A stretch of 64,000 nucleotides of DNA, from the NCBI GenBank assembly GCA_964548415.1, contig CAZJQG010000009.1, positions 2,854-66,853 of the forward strand, in the 5' to 3' direction. This document shows positions 47,981 to 57,807 of the stretch, one piece after another; within the stretch, counting starts at the first letter, position 1; the number at the start of each line of letters is the position of its first letter. Below the pieces are notes generated by a model that had not been told where the DNA came from, made no database searches, and worked only from the letters and a program-made list of their open reading frames with translations. The position numbers and the translations under genes were made by a program. This stretch comes from an uncultured Dehalococcoidales bacterium. GTDB taxonomy: Bacteria > Chloroflexota > Dehalococcoidia > GIF9 > UBA5629.

Positions 47981-49093
47981 TTGTTAGCTCGCCCTAAAGA
48001 CTTCATGGAATGCGCATTGTCACTAGCCGGCCTGGCCTTGGGCTATACCAGCCCTAATCCGGCGGTCGGTGCCGTGGTGGTCAGGGATGGTGTGGTAGCC
48101 GGGTTGGGTCACACCCAGCCCCCGGGTTCGGAGCACGCTGAGGTTATGGCGCTCCGGCAGGCTGGGCCTAGGGCCAAGGGCGCAACCATGTACGTCACTC
48201 TGGAACCATGTTCCCACCAGGGGCGTACGCCGCCCTGTACGCAGGCCATAATCGATGCCGGTATCTCCGAAGTCCATGTCGCTTTGATTGACCCTAATCC
48301 TCTGGTATCGGGTAAAGGTCTTAAAGCACTGAAAACTGCCGGCATTAAGGTATTCACCGGACAGTATGAAGACAGGGCCAGGGAAATAAATGAAGGTTAT
48401 ATTAAGTATATTACCACTGGCATACCTTTTGTCATCGCCAAATTCGCCATGAGCCTGGATGGCAAGATTGCCACTAAAACCGGGGATTCCAAGTGGATAA
48501 GCAGCGATGAGTCCCAAAAGTTTGTCCATTATATGCGCCACGTAGTCGACGCTATTATGGTGGGAGCCAATACTGTAGCCACCGACGACCCTCAGCTCAC
48601 GGCCAGAGGTTGCAGCGGCAAGGGTGGCCGGACCAAGCTGCAACCTCTCAGAGTTATTGTTGACGGCAAAGGGCGAACACCGACATCAGCCAGGATATTT
48701 AAGGAGCCGGGGAAAACACTTATGGCGGTGGCTAAGCCTCTGAGAGCCAAAACCTCAGAGGTCCTGAAGCAGACGGGTGCTGAAATCGTCGAATTGCCGG
48801 CTGAAAAAGGTGTAATCGACCTGAAACAACTGCTGGCGCTTCTGGGCGAACGTGAGGTCACCAGCGTCATGGTCGAGGGAGGCAGCAATCTATTCGGCTC
48901 GCTATTCGATAACGACCTGGTGGACAAAGTTCTGGCCTTTGTGGCGCCCATCATTATTGGAGGTGACGAGGCTATGAGTGCTGTGGGAGGAAGCGGCGCT
49001 AAGAAAATGGCTGAAGCTCTGCGCCTGAAGCGCGTCAAGATAATGGAATTCGGCGACGACATAATGATTTCCGGCTACGTCAACGGGAAATGA
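47981..49093 (+). CDS. ribD: Bifunctional riboflavin deaminase/reductase
   Basis: PNPAVG, HAE, TLEPCSHQGRTPPC, SLDGKIA, VEGG. Confidence 0.96.
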   Translation: MLARPKDFMECALSLAGLALGYTSPNPAVGAVVVRDGVVAGLGHTQPPGSEHAEVMALRQAGPRAKGATMYVTLEPCSHQGRTPPCTQAIIDAGISEVHVALIDPNPLVSGKGLKALKTAGIKVFTGQYEDRAREINEGYIKYITTGIPFVIAKFAMSLDGKIATKTGDSKWISSDESQKFVHYMRHVVDAIMVGANTVATDDPQLTARGCSGKGGRTKLQPLRVIVDGKGRTPTSARIFKEPGKTLMAVAKPLRAKTSEVLKQTGAEIVELPAEKGVIDLKQLLALLGEREVTSVMVEGGSNLFGSLFDNDLVDKVLAFVAPIIIGGDEAMSAVGGSGAKKMAEALRLKRVKIMEFGDDIMISGYVNGK

Positions 49094-49719
49094 AGATGTT
49101 TACGGGTATAGTCGAAGAAATAGGTAAGGTAAAAGATATGAGCCCGGGCAGGCTAAGCATTGAGGCCAGGGACGTACTGGCAGGTACTAAGACCGGGGAT
49201 AGTATATCCGTAAGCGGCGCTTGCTTGACCGTTACCTCGATAGATAGTAAGGGTTTCGAAGTTGAGATCATGCCGGAGACAATCAGGCGTACCAACATAG
49301 GCAGGCTTCATTACGGTGACAAGGTGAATCTGGAAAGAGCTGTTCCGGCAGACGGCCGTTTCGGCGGCCATTTCGTACAGGGCCATGTAGATGATGTGGG
49401 CAAAGTTCTGTCTGTGAAGCCGGAGGAAGGGGCCTATATCGCTCGAATTTCCGTGCCGCCCAATTTGCTAAAGTATATCGTAATTAAGGGCTTTATCGCG
49501 GTCGATGGCGTCAGCTTGACCGTTACCGAATGTGACGATTTTTCATTTGCTGTCTCACTGGTGGATTTTACGCGAAAACATACCACTTTAGGTATAATTA
49601 AGCCTGGAGATACTGTAAACCTGGAAGTCGATATAATGGCGAAATACGTAGAAAAGCTCCACAAAGCGGATAAACGTAACCTGACGGTGGATTTTCTGGA
49701 AGAGTTAAAAGCGAGGTGA
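49090..49719 (+). CDS. ribE: Riboflavin synthase (alpha chain)
   Basis: MFTGIVE, GACLTV, VNLER, GGHFVQGHVD, DGVSLTV. Start could be 49096. Confidence 0.96.
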   Translation: MKMFTGIVEEIGKVKDMSPGRLSIEARDVLAGTKTGDSISVSGACLTVTSIDSKGFEVEIMPETIRRTNIGRLHYGDKVNLERAVPADGRFGGHFVQGHVDDVGKVLSVKPEEGAYIARISVPPNLLKYIVIKGFIAVDGVSLTVTECDDFSFAVSLVDFTRKHTTLGIIKPGDTVNLEVDIMAKYVEKLHKADKRNLTVDFLEELKAR

Positions 49720-49725
49720 ATTAAA

Positions 49726-50940
49726 GTGTTTGCTACCGTTCTTGAAGCAATTGAAGATATAAAGGCGGGCAAGTTCATCATCATCGTCGATGATGAGAAC
49801 CGAGAAAATGAAGGTGACCTGGCCATAGCCGCCGAAAAGGTCAACGCCGAGGCAGTAAATTTCATGGCCAAGCATGCCCGGGGATTGATATGTCTGCCCA
49901 TAATCGGTCACAGACTCGACGAGTTAAAGATACCGCTAATGGTGCAGGAGAATACAGCCAAGTTTTCCACTGCCTTTGCTGTGTCTATCGAGGCCAAGCA
50001 TAAAACCTCGAGCGGCATTTCGGCGCACGATCGTGCTGCTACCGTAAAAGTAGTGCTGGACCCGCAAACCAGACCGGATGATTTGGCCCGTCCCGGCCAT
50101 ATGTTCCCTATCAGGGCCAGGGAAGGCGGCGTACTGGTCCGCGCCGGCCATACCGAGGCCATTGTGGACCTGGCTAAGTTTGCCGGGCTTTATCCCGCAG
50201 GCGTCGTCTGTGAGATTATGAATGAAGACGGCAGCATGGCACGTCTGCCTCAACTCGAAAAACTGGCTGACAAGTTCGGCATCAGGATTATGAGCATTGC
50301 CGACCTGATAGCCTACCGTCGGCGCCATGAAAAATTGATAGAACGAGTGGCTGAGGCCAAGCTGCCTACTAAGTACGGTGAGTTTGTAGTTATCGCCTAC
50401 AGGAGCAAGGTCGACCCGGACCAGCACGTGGCGCTGGTTAAAGGCGACATCACCGGAGACGAACCGGTGCTGGTTAGGGTACACAGCGAATGCTTGACCG
50501 GCGATGTTTTCGGCAGCCTGCGCTGCGACTGCGGCGGACAGATAGTACTGGCTATGGAAAAAATTGCCGCCGAAGGCCGTGGTGTCTTCCTGTATATGAG
50601 GCAGGAAGGCAGGGGAATAGGCTTTCATAACAAGGTGCGTGCTTACGCGCTGCAGGACCAGGGGCTGGATACCGTGGAAGCCAACCTGGCACTTGGGTTT
50701 GATGCCGACCTCAGGGATTACGGTATCGGCGCACAAATCCTGGCGGACTTAGGTTTACATAATATCAAACTGCTGACCAACAATCCCAAGAAGGTAATAG
50801 GGCTAGAGAGCTACGGGCTTCACATCGTGGAGATTGTGGAATTGAAGACCTCGCCCACGCCCTACAATATGGAGTACTTGAAAACCAAACAGAAAAAACT
50901 AGGGCACCTGTTGGACGTTGATGAAGACAAGGAAGCGTAA
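49726..50940 (+). CDS. ribBA: DHBP synthase / GTP cyclohydrolase II
   Basis: [49 protein letters not shown]. Confidence 0.97.
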   Translation: MFATVLEAIEDIKAGKFIIIVDDENRENEGDLAIAAEKVNAEAVNFMAKHARGLICLPIIGHRLDELKIPLMVQENTAKFSTAFAVSIEAKHKTSSGISAHDRAATVKVVLDPQTRPDDLARPGHMFPIRAREGGVLVRAGHTEAIVDLAKFAGLYPAGVVCEIMNEDGSMARLPQLEKLADKFGIRIMSIADLIAYRRRHEKLIERVAEAKLPTKYGEFVVIAYRSKVDPDQHVALVKGDITGDEPVLVRVHSECLTGDVFGSLRCDCGGQIVLAMEKIAAEGRGVFLYMRQEGRGIGFHNKVRAYALQDQGLDTVEANLALGFDADLRDYGIGAQILADLGLHNIKLLTNNPKKVIGLESYGLHIVEIVELKTSPTPYNMEYLKTKQKKLGHLLDVDEDKEA

Positions 50941-50966
50941 CTAGCGACATTAGGAGGGTAATATCT

Positions 50967-51434
50967 ATGGCTAAAAGTTACGAGGGTATGCTGCTTGGCA
51001 AAGGTTTAAAATTCGGTGTGGTCGTATCTCGTTTCAATGAAGTTATAACTACCAGGTTGCTCGATGGGGCGAAGGATGCTTTTGTACGCCATGGAGTGGC
51101 GGAGGCGGATATAGACGTGGCCTGGACGCCGGGAGCTCTAGAAATCCCGCTGGTGGCCAAGAAGCTGGTTCAGAGCGGCAACTACAGCGCCGTTATCTGT
51201 CTAGGGGCCGTAATCCGTGGAGGTACATCGCATTTTGAATATGTTGCCTCCGAAGTTAATCGTGGTATTGCCCGGGTCAGCCTGGACACCGGTGTGCCAG
51301 TTATTCAGGGTATTATAACTGCCGATACTCTGGAACAGGCTATTGAGCGGGCAGGGGCTAAAGTAGGCAACCGCGGCTTTACGGCGGCGCAAAACGCCAT
51401 CGAGATGGCTAACCTGCTTAAAAATATTGTCTAG
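50967..51434 (+). CDS. ribH: 6,7-dimethyl-8-ribityllumazine synthase
   Basis: [34 protein letters not shown]. Confidence 0.97.
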   Translation: MAKSYEGMLLGKGLKFGVVVSRFNEVITTRLLDGAKDAFVRHGVAEADIDVAWTPGALEIPLVAKKLVQSGNYSAVICLGAVIRGGTSHFEYVASEVNRGIARVSLDTGVPVIQGIITADTLEQAIERAGAKVGNRGFTAAQNAIEMANLLKNIV

Positions 51435-51439
51435 ATATA

Positions 51440-51691
51440 TCAGGTTACTTTGTAGACTTTATCGCCGGCTCTGACTCTGTCGGTCACTTTGACGCCGATG
51501 GCGTCTCCGGCCTTACCCTCGGTTACGTTTGCGTTGTTGACTTGCATTGAATCTACCGTCATTTCCAGGTCTGTGGTATGGCCTTTAATGTGAATTTTGT
51601 CACCCACTTTTAATGCGCCGGATAGGGTTATACCGGCTACCACAGGCCGGGCGAAGAAATCACTGACTACCCCGATTTCAACTTCTGGCAT
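51440..51691 (-). CDS. Small beta-barrel protein resembling EF-Tu domain II (translation-factor-like)
   Basis: IGVVSDFF..PVVAGI.L...LKVGDKIHIKGHTTD..VDSMQ..G..IGVKV..RVR.GDKVYK. Confidence 0.8.
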   Translation of the reverse strand: MPEVEIGVVSDFFARPVVAGITLSGALKVGDKIHIKGHTTDLEMTVDSMQVNNANVTEGKAGDAIGVKVTDRVRAGDKVYKVT

Positions 51692-51762
51692 CCCGGGTCA
51701 CCCCCTTCTCTAATTGATAGCCATAGTATATGGTCCCAAGTACAATAAATCAATACCTGTCA

Positions 51763-51802
51763 TAGACTTAAAGTACGTGTAATTTCTAGACTTAAAGTAC
51801 GT
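51763..51802. promoter_or_regulatory. Perfect 16-bp direct repeat (tandem operator)
   Basis: TAGACTTAAAGTACGT at 51763-51778 and 51787-51802. Each copy has a quasi-palindromic ACTTAAAGT core. Confidence 0.75.
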
Positions 51803-51830
51803 TGACAGGCAGGATTGCAGGTGTTAACAT
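51802..51830 (+). promoter_or_regulatory. sigma70 promoter for crt and the downstream dehydrogenase
   Basis: TTGACA-17 nt-TAACAT with an extended -10 TG. Confidence 0.7.
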
Positions 51831-51946
51831 TTCTTCGTAGCTCTTTTGCAGCGTTATATCAGCATTCCCTTAACTGAAAGGAGGCTGCATACGACTGGCT
51901 TTATTAATCTGGGAACGATATAAGAATTTCAAACAAGGAGGGTACC

Positions 51947-52723
51947 ATGGCTTACGAAACTTTAATTGTCGAACGAGAGGACAACATCGCAGTAATTACG
52001 CTAAACCGTCCGCCGGCTAATCCGGTAAATCTGACCGTACTGAATGAGCTGGAAGCAGTATTCAATGAGTTTAAGACGGACAAAGCGGTCAGGGCTATTA
52101 TTATCACCGGCGCCGGTGAAAAGGGTTTCTCGGCAGGATTTGATTTGAAGATTGGCGGTACCCCGGAGGGCGCCCAGGCCATGGATAAGGGCCAGAAGGT
52201 GTACAGCCAGATTGAGAAATTCCCCAAGCCTGTAATCGCTGCTATTAACGGCTTCGCGCTCGGCGGTGGCTGCGAGCTATCAATGGCCTGCCACTTCAGG
52301 ATAATAGCCGATTCCGACAAGGTGTTCATGGGACAGCCTGAAATCGAACGCGGCATTATACCTGGATGGGGCGGCACTCAGAGGTTGCCCAGGCTGGTGG
52401 GCAAGACAAAGGCACTGGAAATGATGCTGCTGGCAACCAGAGTCTACGCAGCCGAGGCACTACAAATCGGACTGGTGACTAAGGTATCCAAACCTGAAGA
52501 GTTGATGAAGGACGCCAAGGACTATGCCAGGACGCTGGCCAAGAAAGCGCCCATTGCTGTTGAAGTCATCATGGATGCGGTGACTCGCGGTCTGGAGACC
52601 ACCACGGACGAAGGTATAAAAATCGAGCTGGCCGGGTCCCAGCGTGTATCCAAGACAAAGGACGCTATGGAAGGAATCATGGCCTTTATCGAGAAGCGAG
52701 AGGCTAATTTTATAGGTGAATAA
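51947..52723 (+). CDS. crt: Enoyl-CoA hydratase (crotonase)
   Basis: TLNRPPAN, FSAGFDL, GGGCEL, GQPEI (both catalytic Glu), GWGGTQRLPRLVG. Confidence 0.93.
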   Translation: MAYETLIVEREDNIAVITLNRPPANPVNLTVLNELEAVFNEFKTDKAVRAIIITGAGEKGFSAGFDLKIGGTPEGAQAMDKGQKVYSQIEKFPKPVIAAINGFALGGGCELSMACHFRIIADSDKVFMGQPEIERGIIPGWGGTQRLPRLVGKTKALEMMLLATRVYAAEALQIGLVTKVSKPEELMKDAKDYARTLAKKAPIAVEVIMDAVTRGLETTTDEGIKIELAGSQRVSKTKDAMEGIMAFIEKREANFIGE

Positions 52724-52766
52724 TCCGCTGTAACGCGACACAAATAAATCGAGAGGAGACTATCAA

Positions 52767-53915
52767 ATGAAAGTTGAAGACATTAAAAAGATTGCGGTCA
52801 TGGGCGCTGGCGATATGGGGCACGGCATCGCCGAGGTCGCACTGCTCGCCGGCTACAAGGTATCCTTGAGGGACATCGAGCAGAGGTTTGTCGATAGGGG
52901 CCTATCCAGGATTAAAGAAAGCCTGGCTAAGCTGGTCGAGAAGCAGAGGATTACGGCTGATAACGAGAAAGCGATGCTGGCGAACATCCAGACTTTTATT
53001 GATGTGGGAGAAGCCGTTAAAGACGCTGATTTCGTTATCGAAGCCGTTCCGGAAGTTTTGAAGCTGAAGGAAGAGGTTTTCAAGGCGCTGGACGCATCAG
53101 CACCCAAACATGCCATCCTGGCTTCGAATACTTCCAACATGAGTATTTCAGATATAGCCGAGCATACTAAGAGACAGCCTCAGGTTGTAGGCATGCACTT
53201 TTTTAACCCCGCGGTTTTGATGAAGCTGGTTGAGGTAATCAAGGGGAAAAAGACCAGCGAAGAGACCATGCAGGTAGCATTCGACCTGGCCTTAAAAATG
53301 GGTAAGGTGCCGGTCAGGGTTGAGAAAGATTCTCCGGGTTTCATCTACAACAGGGTAAATGCGCCCACCGGAATCTTTCTTAATGCCATAATATCCACGA
53401 ATATGGCTAAACCCGAGGAAATCGATGCCAAGATGAGGAAAATAGGTATGCCTATGGGTCCTTACGAGTTAATGGACTACGTGGGCCTGGATGTTTACTA
53501 TCACGGAGCCAACTACTTTGCGGAGACACTCTCGCCTGACTATAAACCACCTAAATGGCTGAAAGATTTGATCGATGCCAATACATTGGGCAAGAAATCG
53601 GGCAAAGGCATTTTCGACTGGTCAAAGGGAAGACCGGAGATAGACCTATCGAAGGCCAAAGAGGACTTCGACCCGACCGATATGATTGCCATTCAGGTCA
53701 ACGAAGCCACCAAATTGCTAGAAGAAGGTGTAGCTAATAGCCCCGACGACATTGACAAGGCCATGATTAATGGCGGCGGCTCTGCGTTCGGCCCGTTCCA
53801 GCTGGCCAAAGGAATCGGATATGACAAGCTGGCGGCAAGGTTGGAAGAACTGGCTAAAAAGTTCAACACCAAGGTATTTGAGCCAACAAAGACGTTAAAG
53901 AGCGGGAAGATTTAA
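52767..53915 (+). CDS. 3-hydroxyacyl-CoA dehydrogenase with duplicated C-terminal domain
   Basis: GAGDMGHGIAE, ASNTS, GMHFFNP, MGPYEL, and a second NEA..GPF repeat. Confidence 0.92.
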   Translation: MKVEDIKKIAVMGAGDMGHGIAEVALLAGYKVSLRDIEQRFVDRGLSRIKESLAKLVEKQRITADNEKAMLANIQTFIDVGEAVKDADFVIEAVPEVLKLKEEVFKALDASAPKHAILASNTSNMSISDIAEHTKRQPQVVGMHFFNPAVLMKLVEVIKGKKTSEETMQVAFDLALKMGKVPVRVEKDSPGFIYNRVNAPTGIFLNAIISTNMAKPEEIDAKMRKIGMPMGPYELMDYVGLDVYYHGANYFAETLSPDYKPPKWLKDLIDANTLGKKSGKGIFDWSKGRPEIDLSKAKEDFDPTDMIAIQVNEATKLLEEGVANSPDDIDKAMINGGGSAFGPFQLAKGIGYDKLAARLEELAKKFNTKVFEPTKTLKSGKI

Positions 53916-53938
53916 TAGATTTACTTCTGAAGCAAATA

Positions 53939-53972
53939 GAAACGGGGCCTGTACCACAGGCCCCGTTTTTTT
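53939..53972. terminator. Bidirectional rho-independent terminator
   Basis: AAACGGGGCCTGT-acc-ACAGGCCCCGTTTTTTT between convergent genes. Confidence 0.85.
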
Positions 53973-54004
53973 ACGCAAGATTTCACACAGTCTGGACAGA
54001 GAAA

Positions 54005-54136
54005 TTACAGGTACCAGACGCAGGCGGTAATGGCCACACTCAGCAGGCCGATAACGGACAGAACCATACCGCTGAACAGGCTCGCGAGCTTCCTGTCATG
54101 AGAGATAACGGCGGTGAGTTTGTTTATCCTTTTCAT
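54005..54136 (-). CDS. 43-aa single-TM small protein (absent from the ORF track)
   Basis: AGGAGG 6 nt before ATG 54136. MKRINKLTAVISHDRKLASLFSGMVLSVIGLLSVAITACVWYL. Stop lies just before the terminator. Confidence 0.65.
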   Translation of the reverse strand: MKRINKLTAVISHDRKLASLFSGMVLSVIGLLSVAITACVWYL

Positions 54137-54415
54137 TTCTTGCCTCCTTATTGACCTCTCTATCAATATAACGATTTAATTACAGATTTGTTTATATTGT
54201 TAATCCTGTGTATATTATCCGTCTCATCCATCGTAACGTAAATCGGACAGGCGTATGATTTTAGGTCGGAGGTTGGGTTTAAGACTAACGGCGGCAATAG
54301 CTAATACATATGGCCGATAAATCGAATCTGCGGGTATTTTATTTTGTATTCAGTTATCGTATAATCGGAGCCATATTAACTAACCGAAGCTAGCGGAAGC
54401 TGAGCGGAGTCAACA

Positions 54416-56056
54416 ATGAGTTGGTTTGAGCGGCATCTGAACTGGAGTTTTGTTCTAGCTATTTGGATTATTCCAACCATAATTTTTATGATTTTGTACG
54501 CCGTATTTTTTGCAGCAATCTACGGTGCAATTCAATCTTTGAAGGCTTCAGGTGCCGGGGAGGAAGCCATTGTCCCAATGATTATGACCAGTGTAGGGTT
54601 GCCGTTTTTTGGTATATCTATACTTATATCTTTAGGGCTACTTGTGTTTGATATCCTGGCTACAATGTGGTATCTGGGACAAAAGGCTAGGAGTCGGTGG
54701 TGGACACTAGTATTATTTGCGCCGGCCGGCCTAATAATACTGCTTTGTTTAGAAAATCAATCAATCGGCGCCGTGGGTGATTACGGACTTGGATTACCAT
54801 CAGACCGATTGTCTCACGGCGGCGGGTATGGAAGCTACGGAGGGCAGCAGTATAGCAATCAGCCGTATACAGGCGTCTACGATGAACGTCTTACCAAGGA
54901 TCTCGACTACACCCCCACACAGAACGTTCTGGATATATCGGGCGCTGACGGAACGCCCGGCAGCATATATACCAGCGAGGTTGTTAAGGAAGAAAAGCCA
55001 GCCGTCAAAGCTGAAGCCAGTCCGATTTCGGAACCACCGGATAATGTTACTAGAGCCATAAGCCAGGAGAAGTCAACGTTGCCTATTCTACTAGATGATT
55101 CCGGTGCCGCAATTAAGTGCGGTTACCATCCCGAAAACGATGCAGTTAACAGGTGCTCCAGGTGCAGTCAGTACGTGTGCGCTGATTGCAATTATATAAC
55201 CGGAACGCATCCCATATGCCGCAATTGCTGGGAGAAGCGGACTATCGCGCCCCTGGCTCCGTCAACGGGAAAAGTCGAGAAACAAAAGCCCCAAAAGGCG
55301 GCTAAGCCGGAAAAAGGGAAAGCGCCGGAACAACAACCTCAGGCGGCCGAAGCTGTTGAAGTGACTACAGCGGAGCCGCCAGTGATGGCAGCGACGGTTG
55401 AACCTGAAAAGCCGGCCGGGGTTGAGTTGCCGCCGTCACCAACGCCAGCCGAGATGTCAGAGCTCCAGATGCCGACTAGACCGCTGGAGCCGCAGGTACC
55501 GGCTCAGGCCCTCGAACCGCAGATTACGATGCGACCAGTCGAGCCTAATGTGCCACCTGAACCGGTCGAGCCAGCGACGCCATCTTCGTTAAAAAAAGAG
55601 GAAGTCGTTGCCGCCGTGGAACAACCGAAGGTGATAATAAACGAAAAGGCCGCCAAACAGGAAGCGGAGAAAATACTATGGCAGCAGGAATTTATGGCGC
55701 TCTATCAGCAGGCGGCACCCATTGTAAACGTTATCGTCAGGAGGGACGCCGAGGGCATGCCGGCTTCGCCGCTGGACTTGATGGAAGGGCTGAAGCTGCG
55801 ACCCATGTTGGAAAGGGTCAAGAAGCTGTCCAAACCCAAAGACAAGGACATGCGAGAGGCCAAGAGCGAACTGGAGAATTTACTTTCCAGTTGCATTAAA
55901 ATCGCCGACGCAGCAGCCAATTTTATCAGCAGCGGGGGGCAGGCTTTGCTCGGCGGGCCGGATTTTAAAAAGATAGTCAGTGGTATCGAAACAGCCAGCG
56001 GGCTTCTGGAAAAGCTTTCCGGAAGAATACCCCAATTTGCCAGGCCACAGGAATAA
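54416..56056 (+). CDS. Membrane-anchored protein with B-box-like zinc finger, Pro/Glu-rich linker and helical C-terminal domain
   Basis: N-terminal TM helices, CGYHP..CSRCSQYVCADC..ICRNC, PxEP repeats. Confidence 0.8.
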   Translation: MSWFERHLNWSFVLAIWIIPTIIFMILYAVFFAAIYGAIQSLKASGAGEEAIVPMIMTSVGLPFFGISILISLGLLVFDILATMWYLGQKARSRWWTLVLFAPAGLIILLCLENQSIGAVGDYGLGLPSDRLSHGGGYGSYGGQQYSNQPYTGVYDERLTKDLDYTPTQNVLDISGADGTPGSIYTSEVVKEEKPAVKAEASPISEPPDNVTRAISQEKSTLPILLDDSGAAIKCGYHPENDAVNRCSRCSQYVCADCNYITGTHPICRNCWEKRTIAPLAPSTGKVEKQKPQKAAKPEKGKAPEQQPQAAEAVEVTTAEPPVMAATVEPEKPAGVELPPSPTPAEMSELQMPTRPLEPQVPAQALEPQITMRPVEPNVPPEPVEPATPSSLKKEEVVAAVEQPKVIINEKAAKQEAEKILWQQEFMALYQQAAPIVNVIVRRDAEGMPASPLDLMEGLKLRPMLERVKKLSKPKDKDMREAKSELENLLSSCIKIADAAANFISSGGQALLGGPDFKKIVSGIETASGLLEKLSGRIPQFARPQE

Positions 56057-56115
56057 ATCCTAAATCCCAAGCATCAAATCCCAAACAATTTTCAAATTCA
56101 AATTTCAAATATTAA
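56054..56115 (+). repeat. A-rich heptamer-periodic dispersed repeat, copy 5 (begins at the stop codon)
   Basis: TAAATCCTAAATCCCAAGCATCAAATCCCAAACAATTTTCAAATTCAAATTTCAAAT. Confidence 0.7.
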
Positions 56116-56174
56116 AGCGGAAACGACCGCCTTAGAGGTGGCAATCTCATCTTTAACTTCCTGCGTATATGGGG

Positions 56175-56203
56175 TTGTGCCCGGAGCGGATGCTCCAGGC
56201 TAC
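56175..56203 (-). repeat. GTAG-tagged REP palindrome, copy 1
   Basis: Reverse complement GTAGCCTGGAGCATCCGCTCCGGGCACAA. Near-identical copies at 57534 and 62893. Confidence 0.75.
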
Positions 56204-56220
56204 TAATGACGAGAAAAAAT

Positions 56221-57024
56221 CTACTTACTGGAACAGATGAACCAGGGATATCTGGTAATTTCACGATAGCCGATCTTCCTGTAGACCGGCTCGCCGAATT
56301 TACTGGCCTGGAGAATAACCTTGCGTGCTCCAAGCTCAAAGGCCGCGTTGCCAACCTGGCGCGTGCAATATTCACCTAATCCTCTGCCCCTTAGCTCTCT
56401 GGCGGTGGCTACCCAGTAAATACCGGCAATGCCGTGGCTGAGCATGGCCATGGTAACGCTGGCCGGCTCCTCCCCTAAATAGATGACAGCCAGAATGCAG
56501 TACGGATTGAGCACCTTACTTGCATCCAGAAAAAATCTCTCGCCCATCTGCTGGGGAAAGCCCAGGTCGGTGAAGGCTTCGGATGCGATATGTCCGAAAT
56601 CCCGCAGGCATTTTTCGTCGTTTACCCACCGCAGGCTGGCTCCCGCGGGCAACTTTCCTAATTTCACCGGTTCATCCAGGACCATTCCCGGTACCTCGCC
56701 TGTCAGCAGTAACTTATTTTCCTTGCAATATTGAATGTAGGGCTGGTCAGCGTGGCCGCGGAGTAGAATCGAAAAGTTAGGTTTTCGCGTTACGAAAAAA
56801 TCCTTAACCCTGGCCAGGAAATCGACGGGGCTTTCCTGAGATTCGATTGTCATGGTAAGTGCCAGATTGCTGGCCGGGAATTCGATGGCGGTATCGATGA
56901 ATACCGTATCATGAGAATAGACCACTTCGGTACCGGGTATCCATTTAGAACTATCCACCCAGAACTCCACCCGGTTGAGGTCGGCCAGCATAAGAAGTTC
57001 CGATTCGCTCAACTGCCGCTTCAT
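56221..57024 (-). CDS. GNAT-family N-acetyltransferase
   Basis: AGIYWVAT..RGRGLG, LQAS..GEPVYRKIGY. Confidence 0.9.
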   Translation of the reverse strand: MKRQLSESELLMLADLNRVEFWVDSSKWIPGTEVVYSHDTVFIDTAIEFPASNLALTMTIESQESPVDFLARVKDFFVTRKPNFSILLRGHADQPYIQYCKENKLLLTGEVPGMVLDEPVKLGKLPAGASLRWVNDEKCLRDFGHIASEAFTDLGFPQQMGERFFLDASKVLNPYCILAVIYLGEEPASVTMAMLSHGIAGIYWVATARELRGRGLGEYCTRQVGNAAFELGARKVILQASKFGEPVYRKIGYREITRYPWFICSSK

Positions 57025-57485
57025 TTAACCTCCGCTGCCAGTTCGGAGGTGCAGAAGGCGCATTTTTTAGCGCCTACAGGAACCTGGGACAGACAGTAAG
57101 GACACTCTTTGGTGCCAGGTGCCACCTCTTTTTTAGTTTCCAGCCGGCTTCGTGCATGCATAAAAGCACGTATTAAAAAGAAAAGTACCACGGCAACTAT
57201 CAGGAAGCTGACCAGGGTATTTATGAACACGCCGTAGTTGATGCTAACAGCACCGGCCGCCTGAGCGTCAGCCAGCGAAGCGTAAGGACCCGGTGGTGTA
57301 CCCTGCTTCAAAACCCCAAACAGGTTCGTAAAGTCCACGTTGCCCAGCACCAGGCCAATGGGTGGCATAATGATGTCATTGACGATGGAGCTGACGATGG
57401 TGCCGAAGGCGGCGCCGATTATTATACCCACTGCCATGTCCAGCACGTTGCCCCGCATGATAAAGTCACGGAAGTCCTTTAGCAT
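57021..57485 (-). CDS. mscL: Large-conductance mechanosensitive channel with C-terminal zinc ribbon
   Basis: FRDFIMRGNVLDMAVGIIIGAAF, DIIMPPIG, YGVFIN. Tail CPYC..CAFC. Confidence 0.95.
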   Translation of the reverse strand: MLKDFRDFIMRGNVLDMAVGIIIGAAFGTIVSSIVNDIIMPPIGLVLGNVDFTNLFGVLKQGTPPGPYASLADAQAAGAVSINYGVFINTLVSFLIVAVVLFFLIRAFMHARSRLETKKEVAPGTKECPYCLSQVPVGAKKCAFCTSELAAEVK

Positions 57486-57533
57486 TGTTATTCTCCTTTC
57501 CTTTTAACAACTATTCTCTACTAATCACCACTA

Positions 57534-57561
57534 TGCCTGGAGCAGATGCTCCAGGCTACCC
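57534..57561 (-). repeat. GTAG-tagged REP palindrome, copy 2
   Basis: Reverse complement GGGTAGCCTGGAGCATCTGCTCCAGGCA. Confidence 0.75.
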
Positions 57562-57569
57562 GCGTTATT

Positions 57570-57620
57570 TAATACTAAGTACTAAGCTCCAAATCCTAAA
57601 CAAATCCAAAATTCTAATTA
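57570..57620 (+). repeat. A-rich heptamer-periodic dispersed repeat, copy 6
   Basis: TAATACTAAGTACTAAGCTCCAAATCCTAAACAAATCCAAAATTCTAA. Confidence 0.65.
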
Positions 57621-57687
57621 CCTCTTAGGCGTCGCCTGCCCACAAGCGACCCGGTCACCCGTAGGCGGGTGACACGTAGCAACGGCT

Positions 57688-57790
57688 TTTTGTCATTGCG
57701 AGTCCTTCCGCAGAAGGACGTGGCAATCTCATCTTTGCCTCCCACCACCGAGATTCTTCGCCCTTCCATTGAAGGGCTCAGAATGACAAA
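57688..57790. repeat. REP-like composite palindrome (GTCATTGCGAG...CTCAGAATGAC)
   Basis: TTTGTCATT/AATGACAAA outer inverted repeat with two internal hairpins and an AATCTC/GAGATT pair. Confidence 0.75.
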
Positions 57791-57807
57791 GGCGTGGCGT
57801 TTAGCAG

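Noticed and set aside
57021-57130. Zinc ribbon on the MscL C-terminus as a novelty
   Set aside because: This tail is a recurring variant of MscL in anaerobes, so it is recorded as a feature only.
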